In this document: positions 12,036 to 21,935 of the stretch, in pieces
Layout: the number at the start of each line of letters is the position of its first letter
Numbering within the stretch: the first letter of the stretch is position 1
Assembly (NCBI GenBank): GCA_963695855.1
Contig: CAVOHZ010000010.1
Coordinates: forward strand, 896,001-960,000
Reading direction: 5' to 3'
DNA from: an uncultured Nitrososphaerales archaeon
GTDB taxonomy: Archaea; Thermoproteota; Nitrososphaeria; Nitrososphaerales; Nitrososphaeraceae
DNA: 64,000 bases
Translations under genes and position numbers: made by a program
The notes under the pieces: generated by a model
The model's input: only the letters and a program-made list of their open reading frames with translations
Told to the model about the DNA's origin: nothing
Database searches by the model: none

Positions 12036-12110
12036 GGGCCGGTGGTCTAGCCTGGTTAGGATACCGCCTTGACATGGCGGGGATCGTTGGTTCGAATCCG
12101 ACCCGGCCCA
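12036..12110 (+). tRNA. trnV: tRNA-Val(GAC), intronless
   Basis: Acceptor stem GGGCCGG/CCGGCCC plus discriminator A; D-arm with TGG; anticodon arm CCGCC-TTGACAT-GGCGG; T-arm GTTGG-TTCGAAT-CCGAC. Confidence 0.97.
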
Positions 12111-12155
12111 GGTCATATCTGTCTGCTTTTATAGGCCCAATACTATATAACATGC

Positions 12156-12569
12156 ATGCAAGTCCAATCTGAAACTGAAGATTATCAGCATGAAATTAAT
12201 CCTATAACAAATTTTCTTTTTGCACTAAAAGCATCTGAAAGTAGGAGACAGTATCCAAAAAGGTTTGAAGTTTTTCTAGATTTTCAACATTTGGAGGGCG
12301 ATTTTAAAAGCAAGGTATTTGCATTTTATAAAAAAACGATAAAAAACCCTCAATGGTTATCAAACAAACTAATAGAATTTATCCAATTTCAAAAAGAAAG
12401 AGTCCAAAAGGGAGAAATTTCTGAATCTACAATTCCCTATTATTTTAAAGCGGTAAAACTATTTTGTGTAATGAATGATATAACTATTAATTGGCAAAAG
12501 ATAAGCAAAGGGATTCCTGCAGGGAAAAGAGCAGCAGAAGACAGAGCACTATCACATAATTATGTCTAA
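12156..12569 (+). pseudogene. Tyrosine integrase, N-terminal (core-binding) fragment; catalytic domain missing
   Basis: FLFALKASESRRQYPKR...FIQFQKERV.KGEISESTI.YYFKAVKLFC.MND...W.KISKGIP..KRAAEDRA resembles thaumarchaeal integrase N-termini; starts 46 nt after the tRNA and stops before any R-H-R-Y catalytic residues. Confidence 0.78.
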
Positions 12570-13629
12570 GAAAAAAGGATCTTCCTATATGAAATATTCC
12601 GGTATAATGATTTTAATACATACATCAATTTTGGTATCATATAATCTAGTAATAGCGCCTTCATTAATATTAATTGATGGAGCTCCACCAACACCCGGAA
12701 CTGAACCCCTTATACCTATCAAACCCTTTATGCCCGGTGGAGTTGGCATAGATCCTAATACTGACAGTGTGTTTATAACTGAACCACAAAACGACATTAT
12801 CAAGAAATTCACAAATAACGGTGTTTTTGTGAAAGGATGGGGCGGACCAGGGGGAGCTAATGGTAAATTTAGTGATCCAAAAGATGTCGCTGTGGATTCT
12901 ACTGGTAACATATTTGTAACCGATGGTCATAATAATCGCATTCAAAAGTTTCAATTATCGAATGTATGTCCTGTCGGCACAATACAGATTGCAGTTGGTG
13001 TATGCTTTGTTAAGAGTTGGGGTACATATGGGACGGGAAATGGGCAATTCGAGTTTCCATTTGGAATAGACATAGATTCTAAAGACAGCATATTTGTAGT
13101 TGATGCCTGGAATCAACGTATCCAAAAGTTTGACAATAATGGCAACTTTATTACTAAATGGGGTAACTGGGATACTGGTCGTCATGGTGAGTTTCAAAAT
13201 CCAGATGTTATTGCAATAGATCCTAAGACAGATGAAGTTTATGTACATGATTCTGATAACTATCGCATTCAGAAGTTTGATAATAATGGCAACTATGAAT
13301 TAAGCTGGGAAGCACAGGGTACTGACGATGGTCAATTTGGTAATGTATATGGTATTGTGGTAGATCCTGGTAATGTATATGGTATTGCGGTAGATCCTAA
13401 AACACATCATGTATATGTATCCGACACAAGTAATAGCCATATTCAAAAATTCACAAATAATACCGCATTTGTCACAAGCTGGGGTGAATATGGTGCAACA
13501 AATGGGAAATTTAACACACAATCTGACCTCGATGTAGACTCTAAAGGTGATATATTTGTAGCTGATTTGAATAATCATCGCGTTCAAAAATTTAATAAGC
13601 AAGGTAGCTTCATTTCAAAATTCCCATAA
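12562..13629 (+). CDS. Secreted NHL-repeat (6-bladed beta-propeller) protein
   Basis: Repeated F..P.GIAVD..GNIFV.D..N.RIQKF..NG.FI..WG units. Confidence 0.92.
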   Translation: MSKKKGSSYMKYSGIMILIHTSILVSYNLVIAPSLILIDGAPPTPGTEPLIPIKPFMPGGVGIDPNTDSVFITEPQNDIIKKFTNNGVFVKGWGGPGGANGKFSDPKDVAVDSTGNIFVTDGHNNRIQKFQLSNVCPVGTIQIAVGVCFVKSWGTYGTGNGQFEFPFGIDIDSKDSIFVVDAWNQRIQKFDNNGNFITKWGNWDTGRHGEFQNPDVIAIDPKTDEVYVHDSDNYRIQKFDNNGNYELSWEAQGTDDGQFGNVYGIVVDPGNVYGIAVDPKTHHVYVSDTSNSHIQKFTNNTAFVTSWGEYGATNGKFNTQSDLDVDSKGDIFVADLNNHRVQKFNKQGSFISKFP

Positions 13630-13704
13630 TTTATTACCACATTAATTACATATAATAAACTTGCAAAAAAGAAGATTAAATTCATAACATCTGATATATT
13701 TACA

Positions 13705-14430
13705 GGTGCTATTAACTTAAGGAAAGAGATATAGCTGTGAACGTTCTATTCTAACAATATATGTTATTAAGATTTGTCAGAAATAGAACATCCGCATGTA
13801 TAGTAATGTACTCTTTGTGTTTGTACTTTCTTGGTCTCAGTCTACGAAATACATCCAAAGCATTGGTAATATTTAGAGATAAAAAGAGAAGTCACATTGC
13901 TGTATGGAACTGGATTCAAAGATTTGGTTCATTGCAGATCTACAATAAACATAGAAGAATTTCTGCATTCATAATTGATGAAACTATAATTCAGATTGGT
14001 GATCAACACTTTTGGTTATGGATTTGTATTGAACCAATTCATTCTTCAGTGCTTGGAATCCATATTTCTGAAGAGAGAAATATGCTTGTTGCTGAAAAAT
14101 TCCTTAGATCGTTAGTTGAGAAGTATGGAAGGCATCCAGTTTACACAGATGGTGGGACATGGTATCCAGAAGCATGTAATCTACTGGGATTGAAGCACTA
14201 TCTACATTCTTCGATAGAGAAAAGTCTAATGGAACGGGTTAACCAGTATTTGAAAGATAGAACAGAATGTTTTGATGATTACTATCCATGTATCAAAGAG
14301 GAATGTAATCTATTTCATGTATATAACTGGATACAATTCTTTGTATCTATGTATAATGATACAATAGCAGATAATAATAATTATGATTTTGAGTTAAAGG
14401 AGGTGGAAATTATCTTAAATTAACAGAGCC
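13705..14430 (+). mobile_element. IS6-family insertion sequence
   Basis: Imperfect terminal inverted repeats GGTGCTATTAACTTAAG / CTTAAATTAACAGAGCC enclosing the transposase; target duplication only partial. Confidence 0.85.
13761..14423 (+). CDS. IS6-family transposase
   Basis: [40 protein letters not shown] motifs. Confidence 0.9.
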   Translation: MLLRFVRNRTSACIVMYSLCLYFLGLSLRNTSKALVIFRDKKRSHIAVWNWIQRFGSLQIYNKHRRISAFIIDETIIQIGDQHFWLWICIEPIHSSVLGIHISEERNMLVAEKFLRSLVEKYGRHPVYTDGGTWYPEACNLLGLKHYLHSSIEKSLMERVNQYLKDRTECFDDYYPCIKEECNLFHVYNWIQFFVSMYNDTIADNNNYDFELKEVEIILN

Positions 14431-14636
14431 TATTTGACTATATTTTTTTATTTTTATTTTTTTCAATAGAATTCTATTGCACAAACCATATAGGAATAAT
14501 GAATTTTATCACATCGACAGATTTAACTTCCTATACGTACGTCAGATTTAGACTATTAAAACATCTTAATCAAAAAATTGTAAGATAAAAATCAAGTTGG
14601 TTAATTTTATTAATATAAATCAATATAGAGAAAAAA

Positions 14637-14935
14637 TTATTTGACTGTCCATTGCCATATATTGCGTTGAGATGCTTCTCCTCCTATTATACTTACATAG
14701 AGACCCACTGAATCTTTCAAGAAACTAAGCGAACCATTGGACGTTGTATCAAAATAGATCAAGCCTTGATAAATAATACTTCCATTTCTAGTTACCTTAC
14801 CAATGTCTTCTGCATTCCATGTCACGCTCTGACCATCGGATGATGTTATTATACCTTTACCTTTTCCGATGATTTTATTAGGATAAATGGATTCAAGAAA
14901 AGTTCCTTGATTTCTACTTGATAATGCTGAACATT
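14637..14935 (-). pseudogene. 5'-truncated fragment of a hypothetical protein
   Basis: Reading frame extends upstream of the listed ORF (GKGIITSSDGQSVTWNAEDIG...) with no intact start. Confidence 0.45.
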
Positions 14936-15329
14936 ATAAAAGTCTTTGGTGGTGTAGAAAACAGAACATATCACGAGATTAAACTTGCGTTTTGCGAAAC
15001 CAAGCAACCATAATTAATTCTAGTTAAAGCGATCGGCAAGTTCTTGGTTATTCATCACTCGTATCGCATCATTTATCTCAGTTATACAGAACATCTTTTG
15101 GCTTTTAAGAAAATCTTATCACATAAAAGTACGGAATCCTCATTCAACCTTATCTGGAAAGATTATTGATGAGAAACTCTGGATGGTCAATTCCTCGATG
15201 GGATATTAGACTTATGTTTCAAATGGTTTATACCACAGTAAACAGTGTACGCCTCAGTTAGCACCCCTATTCGATCACTGATAGAACCACAAAGATAGAC
15301 GGCATGGGGATGCCTTCAAATTATTATCT

Positions 15330-15425
15330 TTACCATCCTAAAGATTTTGCAGACTTTGCGGCAGCTTCATCTAGCGCTTGCTTTGGATCTTAATCATATA
15401 AAAGAAAATATTCAATGATTTTAGA
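15330..15425 (-). pseudogene. C-terminal remnant of a sugar ABC-transporter solute-binding protein
   Basis: Minus strand reads DPKQALDEAAAKSAKSLGW*, a typical solute-binding protein C-terminus; upstream part disrupted. Confidence 0.45.
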
Positions 15426-15485
15426 AAGTTATTTATTTATTTATTTATTCCATCATGATGATGGATAAATGAATAGATCAGAATT

Positions 15486-15687
15486 GCCATAGCCTTCTAA
15501 CATTCAACAAAGACCATGACAACAACTACAACAAGCATCCAAAACCTGATATATTAGGAGAGGAAAGAGGGCTATGGCTTAATTTTAAATACAATGTTAG
15601 CGTATTCTATGTACCTAGAATCTTCAACATACACTCCATAGCCTTCTCCTTTCAAATCATGCAAACCTCTGGAAGGAGGCCTATGGC
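15486..15687. repeat. Two tandem long-loop inverted repeats with shared arms
   Basis: GCCATAGCCTTCT (15486) pairs with AGAGGGCTATGGC (ends 15578); CCATAGCCTTCTCCTTTC (15636) pairs with GGAAGGAGGCCTATGGC (ends 15687). Confidence 0.65.
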
Positions 15688-15794
15688 TTTTACCTTTAAT
15701 TCTGGGTATTTTGAATAGGTTAGTATTGTAAACAATATTGTGACCTCTGAGCCCAAAGAATTTGTTAGTTAATTTAATAGATTAATTAAGATTA

Positions 15795-15827
15795 CAGGCA
15801 AAAATGACCGTTGCCCAAGCCGGCCCA
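15795..15827 (+). repeat. att-like site, family B hairpin with tRNA-Val 3' core
   Basis: CAGGCA-AAAA-TGACCG-TTGC-CCAAG-CCGGCCC-A; last 8 nt identical to the tRNA-Val 3' end. Confidence 0.65.
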
Positions 15828-16127
15828 TGTAATTTTTATAAATTTGATTGTACTTTTTTACAATTTTCATATTATTTAACAAAGTATTATCAAATTTATT
15901 GTTTCTCTCTTTTTGGGAAAAATTTAAAAATAAAAAAATTTTATGAGGAAGTATACCGGTAATTTTTATTGACGGCAAAATTGTTTTGAAAAAAGAGTTT
16001 TACTTCATATGAAATTGAGTTAATGGACTAATTTTATGGTAGAATCAAGCATTTGTTTATTTATTTTTCATGAATCTTATACCAGAAATTTAATTTTTTT
16101 ATAACTTTCAAGATGATAATATGATAA

Positions 16128-16385
16128 ATGAGACCTCACAAATACAGGAGGAATTACAATACATTTTTCATAAAACATGGATTTAATCCGTGGAAGTATC
16201 ATATAGAAGATCACAAGTATCATGAAAGGCTACCGTCCGGATACCATGTCTCACAGACATGGGGCGGATTGCATAAGGCATGGGTCGGATATTGTATAGC
16301 CAGAGACAAATTGGAACCGGATAGGGAAATACATTATGCCAAAGTAATACAAAAGTTACAAAAGGAGTTGGGCTTGAAAGTTTGA
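16128..16385 (+). CDS. Small hypothetical protein (three copies in the window)
   Basis: 85 aa; degenerate paralogues at 43216 and 44887 share the LHKAWVGY.IA..K.E.D.EI.Y...IQKLQ.ELGL motif. Confidence 0.7.
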   Translation: MRPHKYRRNYNTFFIKHGFNPWKYHIEDHKYHERLPSGYHVSQTWGGLHKAWVGYCIARDKLEPDREIHYAKVIQKLQKELGLKV

Positions 16386-16455
16386 GAATTTGAATGTTTA
16401 AGCTAATGAATATTAGAAACATGAAATAGGAAAAAAGATAGAAACCGAAAAAAAA

Positions 16456-16758
16456 TTAGATACTGAGACTTGTAAATATTATTTGTTGCACTCTTTCTCT
16501 CCATTCCTTAGATGAAATTATCTTTTTATCCTCTAATAGTTCAACAATTGAGTCTATCATGTATTCAAGAACATGCAGATCATTGTTATAGTCAGGACAT
16601 GTATGTTTGTCAGAATTTGTCTTGTAACTGTTTAGAAAAATAGAAGAAATAACAATATTCTGAATTCGTTCTGACTCAGTATTCCCTAACAATTCCAGAT
16701 CTTTATTGATAGTATCCAAAACATCTTTTGGATGTGAAATTTGAGTTTTATCTTCCAT
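16456..16758 (-). CDS. Putative ribbon-helix-helix (CopG-like) protein
   Basis: N-terminal beta-helix-helix pattern (QISHPKDVLDTINKDL..LGNTESERIQNI) shared with 45206..45478. Confidence 0.55.
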   Translation of the reverse strand: MEDKTQISHPKDVLDTINKDLELLGNTESERIQNIVISSIFLNSYKTNSDKHTCPDYNNDLHVLEYMIDSIVELLEDKKIISSKEWRERVQQIIFTSLSI

Positions 16759-16946
16759 TTAACTAAATTATTGCGCCTAAGGTTTTTATTATTTTCAATA
16801 CGATCTTTTTCCCTGTTTTTTAAAAAGAATCATGTTGTTTGCTGAGCATAAGCTTTGTAAATTATTTTTTTATTGATATTATTTGAAATATTTCTAAAAT
16901 TAATTATTAATATTTAATACCATCTTCCTGTTATTGATTAATTAAG

Positions 16947-17201
16947 ATGAGTGACATTGATATTTGGCAAAAAGAGTTCTGGAATCGATTGAATCAAGAA
17001 ATGCAAGAAAATTTTAAAAAACAAATGGAGCTTACACAACAACAGGTAAAAGAACAAATTGAACTTACACAAGAACTGGTAAAAAAACAAATGGAGCTTA
17101 CACAAGAACAGGTAAAAGAACAATTGGAATTTACAGGAGAACTGGTAAAAAAACAATTGAACATAAAGAAGGACAGCCAAGAAGATCAGAAGAAGAAGTA
17201 A
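16947..17201 (+). CDS. Small coiled-coil protein with 11-residue repeats
   Basis: KKQMELTQEQV-type 11-mers (33-bp DNA repeats); paralogue at 45666..45932. Confidence 0.7.
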   Translation: MSDIDIWQKEFWNRLNQEMQENFKKQMELTQQQVKEQIELTQELVKKQMELTQEQVKEQLEFTGELVKKQLNIKKDSQEDQKKK

Positions 17202-17392
17202 AAAGATTGATAGAAGTGGCTATGAAAAATGCACAGGATTTCCTCAATCAACATAGTCCAACATTAGCAATGATAGAATTTGAACAAGCAAGATTAAGAA
17301 ATTTCTTGAAGGAGTGAAATTTCCCTTTATTTTTATTAATTTAAAATAATTAAAAAATAAATCTTTAATATTATTATCTTTATTACCATATA

Positions 17393-17440
17393 TTAGACTC
17401 TTATTTTTGCACCGCTATAGGTATTACTACCTCCTTGGCA
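17393..17440 (+). repeat. att-like site, family A (degenerate core)
   Basis: TTAGACTCTTATTTTTGCACCGCTATAGGTATTACT; one of 7 copies. Confidence 0.75.
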
Positions 17441-17490
17441 AATTCCTATATTTTCTGAATAAGTACAAAATAATTAAAATTAAGTTTCTC

Positions 17491-17556
17491 ATAATAAAAG
17501 CTAAATACAAGATAGTAGCAGCAGAACCCTACTACATTGAAGATTCCACTCTCGAC
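17491..17556 (+). repeat. att-like site, family D
   Basis: ATAATAAAAGCTAAATACAA...AGAACCCTACTACATTGAAGATTCCACTCTCGAC; one of 5 copies. Confidence 0.7.
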
Positions 17557-17928
17557 CAGATAGCTGAGTATGTCGATGAACCCTATTGTTAAAAAGAAGT
17601 AAAATTCAAGCAACTTGCCAGTTCAAATTTGCTATTATACTGACTTTCAGAGCATCTTTAACATTTTTGGTAAATTCTAAAGTAGTTTTTGTTGTTGTAT
17701 AACTATTGTATCTCAGAATTTCACATAATCTAAATAATCTTTCATTTCATTTTCATATATCAAAATCTTATCTGCAACTATTACTACTGATTTTTATTGA
17801 GTGCTAAGACATGACCTTTTCTTAAATAATTTTTTTATTTGCAAATAATATTTAGAATATTTTACTATAATTATCTTACCCTTTATTGTTATATTATACT
17901 AATATAAGTAAATCACTTATCTAATAAT

Positions 17929-18198
17929 ATGAAATATAGAAGTAGAACAGAAATAGTAAGTAATATACTGGATGCTGCAAATGGAGGAGCAACCAAGACA
18001 AAAATTATGTATAATGCTTTTCTAAGTTATAAACAGTTAAAGGAAAACCTTTCTGTCTTGATAGAAAACAATCTAATAGAATATCTTGAAGGAACTAAAA
18101 CATTCAAGACTACAGAAAAAGGATTAAATTTACTAAAAATGCAAAACGAAATGGCAGAATTATTACAAATTACAATCGGAAATGACAAATTAATTTAA
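17929..18198 (+). CDS. Winged helix-turn-helix regulator (ArnR1-like / HTH_45)
   Basis: MKYRSRTEIV..IL....GGATKTKIMY.A.LSY.QLKE.L..L....LI......FKTTEKG. Confidence 0.9.
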   Translation: MKYRSRTEIVSNILDAANGGATKTKIMYNAFLSYKQLKENLSVLIENNLIEYLEGTKTFKTTEKGLNLLKMQNEMAELLQITIGNDKLI

Positions 18199-18422
18199 TC
18201 TTTTTCAATATACTAACATACACAATATTTTTTTTATAGTAATTCTATATTAATATCTAGTTTAAAGACAACGAAAAGTTAATCCTTAATTATCTGTGAT
18301 ACTACAATGCTAGACTTTTATTATATAATCGATATATGAAATATTGCATTAACTACCATGGTAGAATACTGAAAATACTCTGTCGTCTTGACGAAGTTAT
18401 GGTACTATTATAATTAAGTTTG

Positions 18423-18459
18423 GATTAGTAACAAATTGTAACTCAAACTACCCGGCCCA
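18423..18459 (+). repeat. att-like site, family C hairpin with tRNA-Val 3' core (candidate attR)
   Basis: GATTAGTAACAAATTGTAACTCAAACTACCCGGCCCA; ACCCGGCCCA (18450-18459) is identical to tRNA-Val 12101-12110. Confidence 0.75.
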
Positions 18460-18499
18460 TTACAAATATGTATGCTTTTAGATGATGAGTGGGAAAAGG

Positions 18500-18933
18500 T
18501 TGAAGTTGTGGTTCCTCCAATAAATCCGGAAGATTATGATCTTGTAGAATTTTGGGGGAATAGGAAAATATAGTTCACCAGAATTTTCATGGATGTTGCT
18601 GCTGTTGCTCTGACGTTTCTTAACTCTGATAGATTAGGTGAAATGTATGAAAATGATATGTTTGTAGGAGACATCAAACAAGGTAATCTTTACCGTTTTG
18701 AACTAGATGAACAGAGAAAAGGGTTGGTACTTGATGGAGCACTTGCAGATAAAGTTGGTAGAAAAGATGAGATAAACCAAGTAGTGTTTGGTCAGGGATT
18801 TGGTGGTATTACAGATATAGAAGTAGGGTCCAATGGTTATCTGTATATTTTAACCTTTGACAAAAAGAATGGAACAATATATAAAATAGTACCAACAGCT
18901 GCAGATAGAGGAGAACAAGAAATAACTTCATGA
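18500..18933 (+). pseudogene. C-terminal fragment of a PQQ-dependent (GSDH-family) sugar dehydrogenase
   Basis: GKYSSPEFSW, FLNSDRLG..YENDMFVGD, FGGITDIEVG.NGYLYIL match the C-terminus of intact paralogue 26977..28266. Confidence 0.85.
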
Positions 18934-19030
18934 TTACAGTACACAGGTAAATTTTGATTATGTTATCTTTCAACATTGAGAAAAGAATATTGGCACATAT
19001 AATAAAAAGTGAGCAAATGGATATTAATCG

Positions 19031-20074
19031 ATGATATTTTCAAGATCTGGGATAATAATAGTTCCTATTACTCTTTTTATTTTCTCTCTAAACATTATGA
19101 CAACTTTTTCAATCAGCATAGAAAAGAGTGACATTACTCTTAAAAATCATGATGCACATTCTTCCCTTTCTCCTTCTTCTTCTCCTCTATCTGCAGGAAC
19201 GCTTAATACTTTAACAGATTTTAACTTTGCAGCTGTTGGAGATTGGGGATGTACATCTGACACTACAAATACTCTAAAAAATATTCAAGATAAAAATCCA
19301 GAATTTGTATTGGTATTAGGTGATCTTTCCTACGATAAAAGTACCCAATGTTGGTTTGATATAATAGATCCCATTGCAGAAAAAATTATGAGTGCAATTG
19401 GGAACCATGAAGTTGATTCAACTAAAAAACTTCAACAATATATGGATTATTTTGGTTTAGAAGAATAATACTACTCATTTAATTATGAAAATATTCACTT
19501 CACTGTGATCTCCATAAAACTTCCGTATGAGGAGGTTTCTGAGCAGTATAATTTTATCAAAAATGATCTTTTTATGGCATCGACAGATCCTAATATAGAT
19601 CGGATTATTGTATTTTATCATAGTTTAGCCTATACCTCACCTGCAGATACCGGCAAAGGCAATAGAGCAGAAAAAGAATTGAGAGAGACTTATCATCCTT
19701 TATTTGAGGAATATAAAGTGGACCTAATATTGCAGGCACATAATCACAACTACCAAAGGTCATATCCAATAATCTATAACAACGATGATCCAAAGAATCC
19801 CATAATAACAGATGATAATAATAATAAAAACTAGAATGACCCAGAAGGACAGATATTTGCAACAGTGGGTACTGGTGGTGCAGAAATTTATCCTTTAACC
19901 TGACAAGCTGATTATGTTGCTACTCAATATGAAGGATTTGGCTTTTTGAATGTATATGTGATAAACAATGGAGTAACTCTTGATGGCAAATTTTATGCTA
20001 ATAATGGAACAATAAAAGACCAGTTTACTATCACAACATCAGCTAATGTCGATAAAATCTATACAAATGATTAA
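19031..20074 (+). pseudogene. Secreted calcineurin-like metallophosphoesterase (purple acid phosphatase type) with in-frame stops
   Basis: GDWG, LGDLSY, GNHE, AHNHNYQR and VGTGG motifs in one frame, interrupted by stops near 19466, 19832 and 19901. Confidence 0.88.
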
Positions 20075-20309
20075 ACTATATAATAAAGATATGTCGAGAT
20101 AGTACATAATTGAACCTAAATTACTTTGCTTTTTCCGATCTATAATTCTCAACAATAATAATATTAGATTCATGAATTATTAATTGTTAAGTTACATATA
20201 CTCTATAGCATAGTTAAATTTTGTAGATCGTAAGCTTACGGAACTAAATAAATAACACAATTATGTCTATACCGCAAGTTATATAGCTAATTTAGCTTTT
20301 ATATATACG

Positions 20310-21515
20310 CTATCCATGGGTTTTATTCTGGAATTCCGCTGATGCTTCAGATCTTTTGGTGTCGATATCATTTATGTAAAATCGCTCTTGGTTTTCATCA
20401 TATTCAAGGTCATTCAGAGTTATGACTTTGAATCCATTATCATATAAATATTTCATCTCCAAATCAAATAGTTCTGGAGGTGTAAAATCTATATTGCCCC
20501 TGCTGATTGCATGATAACCAATTATCGGAATAACATTTATCTCTCCATTTTTATTGAATTTGGTTTGGCTATCAACTATTTTAGCAAATTTTTCAAATAG
20601 TAAAAATAAAGGCTCATACCCAAATTCATCTCCCATGAATCCCTTGCCGATATAATGATGCGCTCTATCGTGTGACCATTCTTTCATTGCAAATTTGTTG
20701 GTAGGGGTTAATGTTCCATCAGAGAGATATGGACTACAGTTGGTTGTCCCATAATAATTCTTCTTGTCATAACCAAATTTCTCCCATCCATCACAGTTAA
20801 GAAACATTAAATCAGAATGTCCTATAAATGCAAAATCAAAGTATTTAGCAACAGTATCTACTATAGAATGATCATTTCCAGCTTCATTAAATGGAACTTG
20901 GAAGACAGTGGGACTATAACCTTTGTCTTCTAAACATTTTTTACCTCCACTAATAATGGACTCAATTTCTTGGGGTGATTTAATTTCAGTTAGTTTTGTA
21001 TGTTGTAATCCATGTGATTGAATATCATAACCATCATTATACAATTCTCTTACTTGCTCCCAGGTCAAACCTCTTCTCTTCTCAGCATATTCACATGACA
21101 CGAAGATACTTGCTTTGAAACCATATTTATCGAGAATCGGTTTTGCTGTAGTATAGGTTGTTTTATATCCCCTATCAAAAAGTAATATTACATATTTGTT
21201 GTTATTTTCTCCGTCCAATTCTATTCTTTGAGTTATCTTTAATAATGGTATGGGCTCAAAATCTAAAGGATTGTCTTCAGAGAAATCTTTATTCTCACGA
21301 AAGTTATCTTCAAAAAACTTTTTAAGATAATTACTCTCCTTGTCTTTGTCATCATCTTTCTCCTTTTTGTTATCATCATCCTTCCCTTTGTCATAATATT
21401 TCTTTTTCTCACCGTATACATTATTTGAAGATGCTAAACTATCACCAACAACTACTAAAAATCCTACTGCCAAAAGCAGCATAATCCAAAGATTAATATT
21501 ATTAAATGCATTCAT
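20310..21515 (-). CDS. Secreted polysaccharide deacetylase (CE4/NodB family)
   Basis: VILLFD.GY, YGFKASIFV, LTWEQVREL...GYDIQSHGLQH, IIGYH, MKYLYDNGFKVIT. Confidence 0.88.
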   Translation of the reverse strand: MNAFNNINLWIMLLLAVGFLVVVGDSLASSNNVYGEKKKYYDKGKDDDNKKEKDDDKDKESNYLKKFFEDNFRENKDFSEDNPLDFEPIPLLKITQRIELDGENNNKYVILLFDRGYKTTYTTAKPILDKYGFKASIFVSCEYAEKRRGLTWEQVRELYNDGYDIQSHGLQHTKLTEIKSPQEIESIISGGKKCLEDKGYSPTVFQVPFNEAGNDHSIVDTVAKYFDFAFIGHSDLMFLNCDGWEKFGYDKKNYYGTTNCSPYLSDGTLTPTNKFAMKEWSHDRAHHYIGKGFMGDEFGYEPLFLLFEKFAKIVDSQTKFNKNGEINVIPIIGYHAISRGNIDFTPPELFDLEMKYLYDNGFKVITLNDLEYDENQERFYINDIDTKRSEASAEFQNKTHG

Positions 21516-21935
21516 GAAATGAATATATTAATAGGTCAAATAATACTTAAAAGTTCAGACACAAGTTTACTGATTCTAGATAGGAAGATTTTATAAAAAA
21601 ATTAAATTTCTGGAATATATAGGAAGATTTTATCTAAATATTTTATGAATATATTATCTATTAGCATGATGTTATAAAACTTTATTATAAATATAACAGG
21701 TTATAGTTTTATGGAAAAACATCAACTAAATCGGTAATATATTCACTAATCTTTCTTTTTACTTCTGTACAAAATTGACTCAGAGTCAGTGCTTAGTTAA
21801 TCTTAGAATGAAAAGTTACTCTATTTGGAAAATCTAAAAACTTTGGATCTACCACTTCTTACTTCTACCTAGTAAAAGAGAGTAACTGATATCATGAGAC
21901 AATACGGTTAACAGACAATCAGTCTTCTTGCTATC

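Larger units (their letters stand above)
11702..12172 (+). pseudogene. Basic ORF with one internal stop that reads through the tRNA gene (possible integrase-associated or directionality protein)
   Basis: ATG at 11702 (MKTSILTNSELLWLSGKKMVSKDYEYRIRSDIKKKIKIL*QLELPLL...), TAA at 11819-11821, same frame as listed ORF 11945..12172. Confidence 0.5.

Noticed and set aside
12585-13602. Minus-strand ORFs inside the NHL gene, and similar shadow ORFs inside the GT, IS, aquaporin, malic enzyme and DUF1326 genes
   Set aside because: Antisense or alternative-frame shadows of well-supported genes, with no motifs.
16947-17201. Phasin (PHA granule protein) call
   Set aside because: The amphipathic 11-mer repeats are suggestive, but there are no pha genes nearby and no diagnostic motif.
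17407-17592. 61-aa ORF (and similarly 29551..29739)
   Set aside because: Made largely of family A and D motifs and AT-rich spacer; probably not a gene.
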